Positions 1 through 10,514 of a stretch of 28,590 nucleotides of DNA are shown here, piece after piece (position 1 is the stretch's first letter; the number at the start of each line of letters is the position of its first letter). This stretch comes from Chiloscyllium plagiosum (taxonomy: Eukaryota). The notes below the pieces were generated by a model. It searched no databases. It was not told where the DNA came from and worked only from the letters and a program-made list of their open reading frames with translations. The translations under genes and the position numbers were made by a program. The stretch spans positions 28,869,986-28,898,575 of the forward strand of contig NC_057720.1 in assembly GCF_004010195.1 (NCBI RefSeq), read 5' to 3'.

Positions 1-179
1 TAGAAAGGAATCAATTCACTTCTCCAGGAAAGTCATCGAGTTATACAGCATGGAAGTAGACCCTTTGGTCCAACTCTGTGAGAACAGGAATACCAAAGAG
101 GACACATTTCTTGACGCTTTTTTGGGCTTGGTCCTCAGGATCAGAAAGGTGTGATTCTGTTTTGGCATCATCCACCAGT

Positions 180-585
180 GTGCAATCTGTCTCCATTTAA
201 ATAGTGCACTGCTTTTCTATTCTTCCAGCTAAAGTGGACAAGTTCACATTTTTTTCCATATTAAATTCCAGCTGCCAAACATTTCCTCATTCAGTTAATT
301 TATCTGCATCCCCTTCTGTAGATTCTTTACTGCTTCTTGACAACTTACTTTCTTACCTATCTTAATGTCATCAACAAATTTAACAACCATACATTCACTC
401 ATTGATTTTACAGTGCACATATACTATCAACACTGGTCCTTGTGGCACTTCTCTATTCATTGACTCTCATCGTATAAATAGCCCATTTATCCTTACTCTC
501 TGCCTTCTCATTAGTTAATCAATCTTCCATCCAAACAAATACATCATCCCGGTGCCATGGACTCTTATTTTGCACTGTAAATCAC
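180..585 (-). mobile_element. Old CR1-like LINE ORF2 (RT) fragment
   Basis: Minus strand reads AAATGTGAACTTGTCCACTTT (KCELVHF, cf. CR1 KCEVMHFG) plus a degenerate VDDIKIG-type (FADDTK) motif; heavily decayed. Confidence 0.65.
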
Positions 586-699
586 CGAATGACTGAGACA
601 TCTCTATTTTGGTCTGTTCCACATGTTGAATTCAACTTATAAGCTTGGACATTGTCAATCAGATTGTCTTTCTATCTAGGTTTGAGAGGTTTATAAAGT

Positions 700-1071
700 T
701 TATTGTATGGAGGTTTATAAAATCATGAGGGGCATGGTTAGGGTGAATAGTTAAGGCCTTCTTCGCAGGGTAGGGGAGTCCAAACGAGAGGGCATAGGTT
801 TAAGGTGAGAAGGGAAAGGTTTAAAAGGGATCTACAGGGTAACTGTTTCATGCAGATGGTAATGCATGAATGGAATAAGCTGCTAGAGGAAGTGTGGAGG
901 CTGATACAATTACACCGTTTAAAAGGCATTTGGATAGGTACATGGATAGAAAACGTTTAGAGAGATATGAGACAAATGCTAGCAAATGAGGCTAGATCAG
1001 TTTAGGGTACCTGGTTGGGATGGATGAGTTGGACCAAAGGGTCTACTTCCATGCTGTATAACTCGATGACT
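700..1071 (+). mobile_element. CR1/HER1-type LINE 3' fragment
   Basis: EVYKIMRG, RTRGHRFKV and FKRHLDRYMD remnants, then the 3' tail TTGGACCAAAGGGTCTACTTCCATGCTGTATAACTCGATGACT. Confidence 0.9.
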
Positions 1072-1107
1072 AAGTCCTATGCTGGAGAATCCCATGCTCT
1101 ACTGTGG

Positions 1108-2718
1108 TACAAAGAACAAAGAAAATTACAGCACAGGAACAGGCCCTTCAGCTCTCCAAGCCTGTGCTGATCCAGATCCTCTATCTAAACCTGTTGCCTA
1201 TTTTCTAAGGGTCTGTATCCCTCTGCACCCTGCCCATCCATGTATCTGTCTGGATACATCCTAAATGATGCTATTGTGCCCATCTCTACCACCTCCGCTG
1301 GCAACGTGTTCCAGGCACCCACCACCCTCTGCATAAAGAACTTTCCACACATATCTCCATTAAACATTTCCCCTCTCACCTTGAACTCGTGACCCCTAGA
1401 AATTGAGTCCCCCACTTTGAGATAAAGCTTCTTGCTATTCACCCTGCATATATCTCTCAAGATTTTGTAGACCTCAATCAGATCCCCCCTCAACCTTCGT
1501 CTTTCTAGTGAAAATAATCCTAATCTACTCAGTCTCTCTCCACAGCTAGAACCCTCCATACCAGCCAACATCCTGGTGAATGAGGAGACAGTGAGGTCTG
1601 CAGATGCTGGAGATCAGAGTTGAGAGTGTGTTGCTGGAAAAGCACAGCAGTTCAGGCAGCATCCAAGGAGCAGGAAAATCGACTTTCCTGATGAAGGGCT
1701 CCAGCCCAAAACGTCGATTTTCCTGCTCCTTAGATGCTGTCTGACCTGCTGAGCTTTGCCAGCAACACAATCTCAACAATATCCTGGTGAACATCCCCTA
1801 CACCCTCTCCAAAGCATTCACATCCTTTTGGTAATGTGGCGACCAGAACTGTATGCAGTATTCCAAATGTGGCCGAACCAAAGTCTGTAGCATGACCTGC
1901 CAACTCTTGTATTCTATACCCCATCCGATGAAGGAAAGCACATCATATGCTTTCTTGTCCACTCGATTGACCTGCGTTGCCATCTTCAGGGTACAATGGA
2001 CCTGAATACCCAGATGTCTCTGTACATTAATTTTCCCCAGGGCTTTCCATTTACTGTATAGTTCGCTCTTGAATTGGATCTTCCAAAATGCATCACCAAG
2101 CATTTTCCTGGATTGAACTCCATTTGCCATTTCTCTGCCCAACTGTCCAACCTATCTATATTCTGCTGTATTCTCTGACAGTCCCCTACACTATCTGCTA
2201 CTCCACGAATCTTAGTGTCATCTGCAAACTTGCTAATCAGACCACGTATAATCTTCCTCCAGATCATTTATGTATATCACAGACAGCAGTGATCATAGCA
2301 TGGATCCTTGTGGAACACCACTGGTCACAGTTCTCCATTTTGAGAAACTCCCTTCCACTACTGTCTCCTATTGCCCAGCCAGTTCTTTATCCATGTAGCT
2401 AGTACACCCTGGATCCCATGCAACTTCACTTTCTCCATCAGGATACCATGAGGAATCTTATCAAATGCCTTTCTGAAGTCCATATATGTGACATCTACAG
2501 CCCTTCCCTCATCAATCAACTTTGTCACTTGCTCAAAGAAGTCTATTAGGTTGGTAAGACATGACCTTCCCTGCACAAAACCATGTTGCCTATCACTGAT
2601 AAGCCCATTTTCTTCCAAATGGGAATCGATCCTATCCCTCAGAACCTTCTCCAGCAGTTTCCCACTACTAATGCCAGGCTCACCAGTCTATAATTGTCTG
2701 GATTATCCCTGCTACCCT
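1108..2718 (-). mobile_element. CR1-type LINE, 5'-truncated, frameshifted ORF2 (RT) pseudogene
   Basis: ORF pieces QHGFVQGRSCLTNL, DFRKAFDKIPH, ISKFADDTKI, LVRPHLEYCIQFWSP, LGLFSLERRRLRGDLIEVYKI; (ACAAAGA)n tail at the left end; interrupted at 1581-1776. Confidence 0.95.
1581..1776. mobile_element. Palindromic Penelope-type mini-element with hammerhead-like core (family A)
   Basis: ~65 bp inverted arms around CTGATGA-A-GGGC-tcca-GCCC-AAAACGTC (1688-1715); 15-bp TSD CAA(C/T)ATCCTGGTGAA at 1566-1580 and 1777-1791. Confidence 0.85.
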
Positions 2719-2719
2719 T

Positions 2720-2905
2720 TAGAATAGAATAGAATCCCTACAGTGTGGAAACAGGCCCTATGCCCCAACAAGTCCACACTGACCCTCTGAAGAGTAACCC
2801 ACCCAGACATATTCCCCGACCCTATATTTAGCCCTGACTAAGGCACCTAACCCACACATCACTGAACACTATAAGCAATTTTAGCATGGCCAATTCAACT
2901 AACCT
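2720..2905 (-). mobile_element. HE1/V-SINE-like SINE, 5'-truncated
   Basis: (TAGAA)n tail, CR1-like 3' stem-loop, and AATTGGCCATGCTAAAATTGC on the minus strand resembling the V-SINE core. Confidence 0.75.
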
Positions 2906-3074
2906 TTCTTGCTCAATAAATAATAGTTGGTTAAGTAAACCTCACCTTCCTTAAGTATCAGTGCACAAAACAACACCCCGCACAATTATTGCTTCTGTAA
3001 TTTAATCTCTCCTACCCTGCCCTTTCTGTGGCCTTCCTTTTTTCTCCTCCCACCCTCAGCTCTCTACTTGCTTA

Positions 3075-3562
3075 CAACAGAAATCACAGAATTATTACAG
3101 CTCAGAAGACAGTTCTTCTGCCCGGGGTGTCTGCTTTGGCCCTTTGAAGGAACAGGTCACTTTGTGCCATTTCCCGTCCTCTCTCTGTGTAAACCAACAC
3201 AGTTTTCCTTTTCAGATCATAACCCAAATGAACCTGCATGCACCACACTCTCAGACATTGCACATTCCAGATCCTAACCACACTCTGCGTGAAAATAGCT
3301 CTTCTGTTACTTCCTCTGCCAATTACCTTTAATTTGCGCCCTCTCGTTCTTGATTCTTCCAGCAACAGGAACACTTTCTCTCTACTTACTCTGTCCAGAC
3401 CCTACATGATTCTGAATACCTCTATCAAATTTCCTGTCAACCTTCTTTATGGAAAACTGTCCCAAACTCTCCGATGTATCTTCATAACTGAAGTTCCTCA
3501 TTTTTGGAACCGTTCTTGTGAATCTTTCTGCATTCTCTCCAAAGCCTTCATATTCTTCCTAT
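3075..3562 (-). mobile_element. Old CR1 3' fragment
   Basis: ESRTRGRKLKV and FTQSVVRIWN motifs in ORF 3102-3374; CR1-type tail near 3077. Confidence 0.85.
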
Positions 3563-3589
3563 AAAATTTAAATTCTTCCTTTTGTCATT

Positions 3590-3672
3590 CTGAAATGTCA
3601 AGTCTGGCTTCTCCCTCAACAGATGCTGCCTGAACAGCTTGTGCTTCCAGCGTTCACAGCATTTAGTTTTTC
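3590..3672 (+). mobile_element. Degraded Penelope-type mini-element fragment
   Basis: GAAATGTCAA...CAGATGCTGCCTGAACAGCT...TTCCAGC matches the arm of the other mini-elements in this window. Confidence 0.55.
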
Positions 3673-4031
3673 TATAAATGAACTTCTGGAGTTGGATTCT
3701 GTAAAGCTTAAAAGTCCATTAGCAGTTGTCCAGTCACCTGGGACCTTACCCGTGTTCAAAGATGATACAAAGAATCTGAGAAGAACAGAGTTGAGTGTCT
3801 TCAGGATAAGCACACATGGTGAAAATACAATGCCTCCATTTAGTAAGCAGTATTTGTAATCAGTTATGCAAACTAAAACTTGGTCTAACATCACACATGG
3901 GATTGCATTCATCTAGAGTGTAAACTATTCTTTTTTTCTTGCTGAGTTTTATAATCTGTGCATCATCTGACAGCTACTAAATCTTCACAGAATGGTACAG
4001 TGTTTCTTTCAATCTGATGCTATCCTTAACT

Positions 4032-4164
4032 AGGAGAAAATGAAGACTGCAGATGCTAGAGATCAGAGTCAAGAATGTGGTACTGCAAAAGCACAGCAGG
4101 TCAGGCAGCACCCGAGGAGCAGGAGAACAGACATTTCAGGCATAAGCCCTTCATCAGGAAGGGC
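4032..4164 (-). mobile_element. Penelope-type mini-element monomer (family A)
   Basis: Minus strand CTGATGA-A-GGGC-ttat-GCCT-GAAATGTC (4130-4157); perfect 12-bp TSD CTATCCTTAACT at 4020-4031 and 4165-4176. Confidence 0.85.
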
Positions 4165-4720
4165 CTATCCTTAACTTTCCTGTTTAGCCACAATGACATA
4201 TCCTCTCAAAAAGTCTTTCTTTCTCACTTGTTGAGTTATTAAATATCTCCTTAAAAGTTTGCCATTGCAACTCGACTGTCCTACCATTTACCTTTGTTTC
4301 CCAATTCACTTCAGCCAACCACACCTTCATAACTGTTTAATTACCTTTATTTAGATTTAAATTAATAGTCTTCGCCTGAAAACTGAATGTGGAATTCTAT
4401 CATGTTATTTTCACTCTCACCTAGAGGCTCTTTTCCATATGAGGTTATTAATTAATTGTGTCTTATGGTACACTACCAATTTCAGAATAGCTTGCTTCTG
4501 ATTGGCATTATAAAGTACTGCTGAGAAATTGTTCACAAAACACTCCCTGAAATCATGATTACACTCCATTAACCTTAACTCTGTTGCTACTTTCACCTAT
4601 CTGATTTACCCAATTTACATTGTAGATAAGTCACCCATCATTACTACAATATCTTTCTTACATAGCCCATTTATTACTTATTGCATGTTTTGCTTTTCAG
4701 TAAAAATACTGTTATTGTGT

Positions 4721-4908
4721 TACCATAGTCTTACCAGACCATAGGGGCTGCTGTCTCATTAGAGAGACAGAAGCAACTGGAGGTGATTTAACCTGAGGGC
4801 CTCTCAGGCAAGGGAAGAGGTTAAGAAGTAAAGTCCTTCATGGTAACCTCATACCAGTGATGGGAATTAAACCCACGCTGTTGGCATCATACTGCACTGC
4901 AAACCAAT
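4721..4908 (-). mobile_element. tRNA-derived SINE
   Basis: B-box-like GGGTTTAATTCCC on the minus strand; a second copy at 6916-7050 shares TTCATGGTAACCTCA and TTTAA(C/T)CTGAGG. Confidence 0.7.
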
Positions 4909-4982
4909 TTCCTATTATGATTACACAGCCTATATATTATTTGATCAAGTAACCTGTTAGCCTTGGTATTTATTTTCTCTAC

Positions 4983-5504
4983 TGCAGTGATTGGATTTCA
5001 GTGGACTTTGTCGACTACGAGATCCTTGATTGGGATGTTAACCTGGGCCAATCAGGAAGCCCTGCCTGATCACTATAATCATGGGATTTTGCATTATTTC
5101 TCCCTCCAACTCTATTTTGATTTAGTTCCTACCCTCCCCTTCACTGTTTTGATCACACAGCACTGCCCTTTGATGTGAAGAGCAGTGTTTGTCACTGGCC
5201 ACCCGGGTGTTTACCTATCTTCCTGGTAGTGGAATTTGAATAAAGATTCGTGCACTTTGTGTCTTTCACTGTGTCTCACACCTGCACACACACACCATGG
5301 GTGCTGGGGAAAAATTAAGCACTACTGCACTTAGGTGGTAGTGTGGGGATAAAAAGAAAAAAAAAGACAAAAACAATCATGGGATTTAGAATCTCCACAG
5401 CTCAGGGGACTGACTATGAGCTGACTGGCCACAGTCAGTGTATTGTGCACAAGTAATAAAGGATGACCTGGTGGTGGGAGATTGGTTTCTGTGAAATTAA
5501 TTCA
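4983..5504 (+). mobile_element. Probable solo LTR, interrupted
   Basis: TG...CA ends, CCAAT box (5048), TATAA (5074) and AATAAA (5455) in LTR order; no TSD resolved. Confidence 0.55.
5090..5374 (+). mobile_element. 5'-truncated poly(A) retroposon 3'UTR (L1/Tx1-like)
   Basis: A-rich tail at 5351-5374; perfect 13-bp TSD AATCATGGGATTT at 5077-5089 and 5375-5387. Confidence 0.8.
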
Positions 5505-6307
5505 TTGACCTAATCTGATTCTACAACTTGCTGTTTTGATCCAATGTAAACACTCACATTACACAAGTGTTGTTCTTAATTAACAGAGCCACCCCACCAG
5601 TATCTGCCTGTCTTCCTACCTTTTTGAAATAACAAATATCTTTTAATATTTAGGTCTTTAGAGCCATGCCACTATAAATGGCTATCAAGTCATACACATT
5701 TATTACTATCTCTTCACTTTTTTATAAATGATGCACATACTCAGAAAAAAAAACTTTCTTTTCACCACTTTCCCAGTATTTGATCTTATCTGCTGGTGCA
5801 CTCTTAAGTTTGTATGCTCTGTCCCTAACTATCATTCTCTGATAATCACTACTCAAATGGCTACCTGTTCTATTACCTTGTCATTTTCCTTTACCATATT
5901 TCCCCTCACATAATCCCTCCTTTTATCCTATTTAGTTAAAGCCCTCACTACCATCCTATTTAACTAATTTGCCAACATGGTTAAGGCACAGACAATTCCA
6001 ACAGTTCAGCTCCTATCTTCCCCAGTATTGGGGCCCCTTCTCTGTGAATCAAAAATTCTTTCTCTACTCCATTCTATGAGTCACACATTTAACCTTCTGC
6101 TATCTTAAGATGTGGGTAGTAGAATTCCTCATAAAACCTTTTTACCAACTAATTCAAAAGAGATTTAATACTTCAAATAATGTTCTGTTTTCCCTAATTA
6201 AAATGTCCTAGTTTGAATAAGTGAGAATGAGGTAATGCTCAGCAAATCATCAATTACTAACTTTGTTCTTCTACACACACTTGAATTTTCTATGAAATGT
6301 TTACCAT

Positions 6308-6332
6308 TCTCTCTCTCTCACACACACACACA
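6308..6332. repeat. (TC)n(AC)n compound microsatellite
   Basis: Read directly from the sequence. Confidence 0.9.
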
Positions 6333-6915
6333 GAAAGACACTTCTTCCACCTCTTCAAATGTATTTTAACTGATGTTCAATTTTTACTATCAGAGATTAA
6401 TTACCATGGCAAATGCAAATACTAAAGTTTAAAAGTGCAATTATAATTATAACAATACACCATTAACTGCTGTCAAAATAGACTCAGACAATGGGATTAT
6501 GCTCCAATCAAAACCTCTTATTAAAGGAAAACATTTTATTGCAGCTAGGTTTTCAGACTGAACCTGTCTGCAGCTTCAGAAACAGATCCAATAGTAATTA
6601 AAATCTGACAGTGCTGAGTGTTTTAGTCCATTGTCTGCAGGGCATATCATCAAATTGCAAACCTGAATGAGGAAGAATGTCAAAACATTTCAAATGAAGA
6701 AACAATTAAGTTCCTTGAATTTTTTTTAAAAATCATCAATTCTGTACTTTTGGAAATATGGTAGATGGAAATGTTTTGACTCTAATTCAGTCCTTTTCAG
6801 CTGATTGCTTATAGAGAAATAACTTAAAAACTCACATACAATTCATTTCCAAATTGTTCCTGGCTGAGTGGATATCCCTTTGCTGAATTGACCTAATTCC
6901 AGGCTCACAAGTAGT

Positions 6916-7050
6916 GGTCACCATGATGCCAGAGGACGACAGAGTTGCTGACTCATAGAGAGAGATGATTGGTGGTGAGTTTAATCTGAGGTTTCCATGC
7001 CTTAGGTGAGGGATGTGATTGAGAAGGCAGGATCTTCATGGTAACCTCAA
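6916..7050 (-). mobile_element. SINE fragment, same family as 4721-4908
   Basis: Colinear similarity to 4721-4850. Confidence 0.65.
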
Positions 7051-7469
7051 AACTAGAGCTGCGAGTTTCCTAGTCAGGAGAATTTGGATGGGATATTGCT
7101 CGGAGTGAAAAGGTTTGGGCCCATGTTTCTCAACCTTTTTTCCATTCGACCTTATTATGATGCTTCAAAATTGTCATGATCCCACTGTGAAAATTGTGAG
7201 GGTGGAGAATATGACCCAAGAAAACAGAGGGGAAGGAGAACGAAGACTGATGGGAGCAAGGTCATTGTCGGAATGGGACTCCACAGCAGCCATCACTGCC
7301 TTTGGGCTCTCAACTCCAAAGTGCCAATCACAACGCCTCTTGGTTTCCACACACCACTTTCGGAAGTTTTGGTTTAGGCCATCAGAGTTATGAAAGGTTT
7401 GTAGAACAAACTCATCTCCACGGTCCAAGGAAAAGAAACTGGGAGGTGTCAGTTGTGTTGTGATAAGAT

Positions 7470-7749
7470 ACATCCTTCCATGGAATTTAGTATCTGTATA
7501 AAGTAGTGATAGGGAACAGGTTGAAATGTTGTTTTGCTGTTGGTGTTACATCTTTCTAATTTTATATGTATGATTTTGTTTTCTTTCGCATGATAAACTT
7601 ATGTCTTGTTGTTAATAAACATCTGCAGCCTTGTGTGAATATGTTTCAGTGACTAACTACCATGGTAATCGATTGGTAAAAATTACACCTGTGATCTACA
7701 AAGCTAGGTTTCATTCTAGTATCTGAGTTGCCCAACTGGGATCATAATA
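7470..7749 (+). mobile_element. Possible LTR 3' portion
   Basis: T-rich tract, AATAAA at 7613 and an end at GGGATCATAATA resembling LTR ...ATAACA termini; 5' boundary unresolved. Confidence 0.35.
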
Positions 7750-7775
7750 GGTGATAGATGTTGAAAATAAGTTAG

Positions 7776-9745
7776 ATCATAAGACCGTACATATGGGAGC
7801 AGAATTAGGCCATTTGGCCCATTGAATCTGCTCTCCCATTTGTTCATGGCTGATACGTTTCTCATCCCCTTTCTCCAGCCTTCTCCCTGTAACCGCTGAT
7901 CCTTTTATTAATCGAAAACCTATCCATCTCTGTCTTAAAGACAATCAATGACTTGGCCTCCACAGCCTTCTGCAGCAATGAGTTCCACAGATTCACCTCC
8001 CTCTGGCTGAAGAAATTCCTTCTCATCTCAGTTCGAAAGGGTTGTCTCAGGCCTTAGTCTCTCCTTCTAGTGAAAACACCTTCTCCGTGCCCACTCTATC
8101 CAGGCCTCTCAGTATTCTATAAGTTTCTTTGAGAACCCCTCAACGAGAACCTGCATGTTAACCTTAAGAAAATTCTGAACTAGCACTTCTAAGTCCTTTT
8201 GTGCTTCAGGTTTCCAAAGCCTTACCCCATTTAGAAAACAGTCCAAGTCTCTATTTTCCCTACCAAAGTGCATAACCTCACACTTTCCCACATTGTAGTC
8301 CATCTGCCACTTCTTTGTCCACTCTCCTAGCCTGTCCAAATCCTCTGCAGTCTAAATAGTTCCTCAACACGACCTGTCCCTCCACCTTTCTTTGTGTCAT
8401 CAATGAGTTGCAAACTCAGCAACAATGCTCCCAGTTCCTGCATCCAGATTGTTAATGTATAATGTAAATAGTTGTGATCCCAACACTGACGATTCCTGAA
8501 GAAGGGCTTATGCCCGAAACGTCGATTCTCCTATTCCCTGGATGCTGCCTGACCTGCTGCGCTGTTCCAGCAACACATTTTCAGCTCAGAACTCCACGAG
8601 TCCCAGGCTGTCATCCTGAAAAAGACCACTTTATCCCAGCACTCTGTTTACTACCAGTCAGCCAATCCTTTATCCATGTCAACCTTGCCTTTATCATTTA
8701 TTTTGTTTGGCAGGCTTATGTGCAGCATCTTTCAAAAGCCTTCAGGAAATCTAAACTCCACTCTCCTATGTCTAACTTGCTTGTTACATCCTCAAAGAAT
8801 TGTAACAGATTTGTCAGGATTGACCTCCCTTTGATGAAGAGATGCTGAATCAGTCTTATTTTAACATGCACTTCCAAGTGTTCCAGACTTTCATATTGGA
8901 TTCAAAAATCTTACCAACAACCAAGTTCGCTCTAATTGGCCTATAGTTTCCCAAATCTGCCTCCTTTCCTTCTTAAACAGGAGTGTTTTATTAGCCATTT
9001 TCCAGTTCTCTGGGACTCAGCAATTGCTGAAAGATCACCACTAATACCTCCACAATCTCCTCATCTATCGCCTTCAGAACCCTGGGCTATAGTCCATCTG
9101 GCCTGGGTGATTTATCCACTTTCAGACCTTTTAGCTTCTTCTTGGTGATGGCCACTACATTCACCTCTGCTCCCTGACTCTCATGAAATTCTGGTATACG
9201 ACGGGTGTCTTCCATGAAGACTGATACAAAGTATATATATCTCTACCATTACTACTTCTCCAGTCTCATTTTCCAGTGGTCCAGTGTCCACACTCATCTC
9301 TCTCTTACTATCTAAAATAACTCTTGCAATCTTCTTTTATATTTCTAGCTAGCTTACCCACATATTTCATCATGTTTCCACTTATTGCTTTTTCAGTTGG
9401 CCTCTGATGATATTTACAGGTTTCCCAATCCTCTGGCTTCCCACCAATCTTCACCACAATGTGTGCTTTTTCATTTGCTTTTACGCTATTTCTGACTTTC
9501 TTGTCAGCCATTGTTGCCTCTTTCTCCTTTGAGTATATTCCTCCTTCCTTTGGATGAATTTCAGTTGTGCCTCCAAAATTATTCCCAGAAACTCTTGCCA
9601 TCAACCATCTTGCCTGCTAGGCTCCTGTTTCAAACAGCTCTGACCAGTTCCTCCCTCATGTTTTTGTAGTTAGCTTTACTCAATTAAAATACCATTAAAT
9701 CTGGTTCCAACCTCTCCTCCTCAAACTGCAGGGCAAATTCTATCA
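7776..9745 (-). mobile_element. CR1-type LINE, decayed ORF2
   Basis: EWTKKWQMDYNVGKCEVMHFG and KLARNIKEDCKSYFR motifs; CR1 tail at 7776-7835; continues briefly at 10403-10465. Confidence 0.9.
8488..8587 (+). mobile_element. Penelope-type mini-element monomer with intact hammerhead-like core (family A)
   Basis: CTGAAGA-A-GGGC-ttat-GCCC-GAAACGTC (8496-8523), inserted in CR1 RT; no clear TSD. Confidence 0.85.
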
Positions 9746-10402
9746 GAGTGGTAAAGAAAGTGTATTGCAAGCTTGTCTTTACTGGTCAGGACATTGAGTA
9801 AAAAAAGAGTCAAAATGTCATGTTGTAGCTTGATGAGACTTTGGTTAGGCTACACTTAGAGTATTGTGCTCAATCCTGGTCACCACATCTCAGGACGAAT
9901 GTGAAGGCTTTGGAGAGTTTGCAGATGAGGTTTAGCAGGATGCTGCCTGGATTAGAGAGCATGAAATTATAAGGAGAGGCTCGGAAAACCCAGGTTGTTT
10001 TCTCTAGAATGGCAGAGGTTAGTGGGAACTTGATAAAAGTCTGTAAAATTATGAGATGCACAGATCAATCAGATTGACAATCACAATCTTTTTCCCAATG
10101 TTGAAATGTCTAATACTAGAGGACATGCATTTAAGGTGAGAGGGCAAAATTTCAAAGCAGATGTGAGGTGCAAGGTTTTTATACAGAGAGTGGTGGAAGT
10201 CTGGAATATGTTGCTAGGGGTCCTGGTGGAGACAGATACGATAGGGGCATTAAGGGGCTTTTAGATAAGCACATAAATTTGCAAAGAATGAAGGGATATG
10301 GATTAAGTGCAGGTAGAAGGGATTAGCTTAATTTAGCGTCATTTTTGGCACAGTATCGTGTGTGAAAGGGCCCATTTCTGTGCTGTACTATTCTATGTTC
10401 TA
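9746..10402 (+). mobile_element. CR1 3' fragment nested in an opposite-strand CR1
   Basis: TLVRLHLEYCAQSWSP and TRGHAFKV motifs; (TTCTATG)-type tail. Confidence 0.9.
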
Positions 10403-10464
10403 TATCATGGTCACTGTCCCGGAGAGATTCCTTTTCCTTAAACTCTATAAGCAAGTCTGCCTAT

Positions 10465-10497
10465 CCATATATTAGCCATATATTAGCCATATATTAG
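10465..10497. repeat. Three exact copies of the 11-mer CCATATATTAG
   Basis: Read directly from the sequence. Confidence 0.95.
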
Positions 10498-10514
10498 TGC
10501 TGGAGAACTAAACC

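Larger units (their letters stand above)
3715..6150 (-). mobile_element. Ancient CR1 5' half (ORF1 esterase remnant, endonuclease and linker), split by later insertions
   Basis: SSLNTGKVPGDWTTAN at 3715-3770; minus strand near 5975-6035 resembles the esterase end (QYWG, degenerate GLHLN); ORF1-stop-like GAGGGCTTTAACTAA near 5932-5946. Confidence 0.55.

Noticed and set aside
7120..7145. hAT-like terminus CATGTTTCTCAACCTTTTT
   Set aside because: No matching inverted terminus or 8-bp TSD found.
7115..7473. Overlapping 92 aa and 99 aa ORFs
   Set aside because: No recognisable motifs or convincing splice sites; probably chance ORFs in LTR-like sequence.
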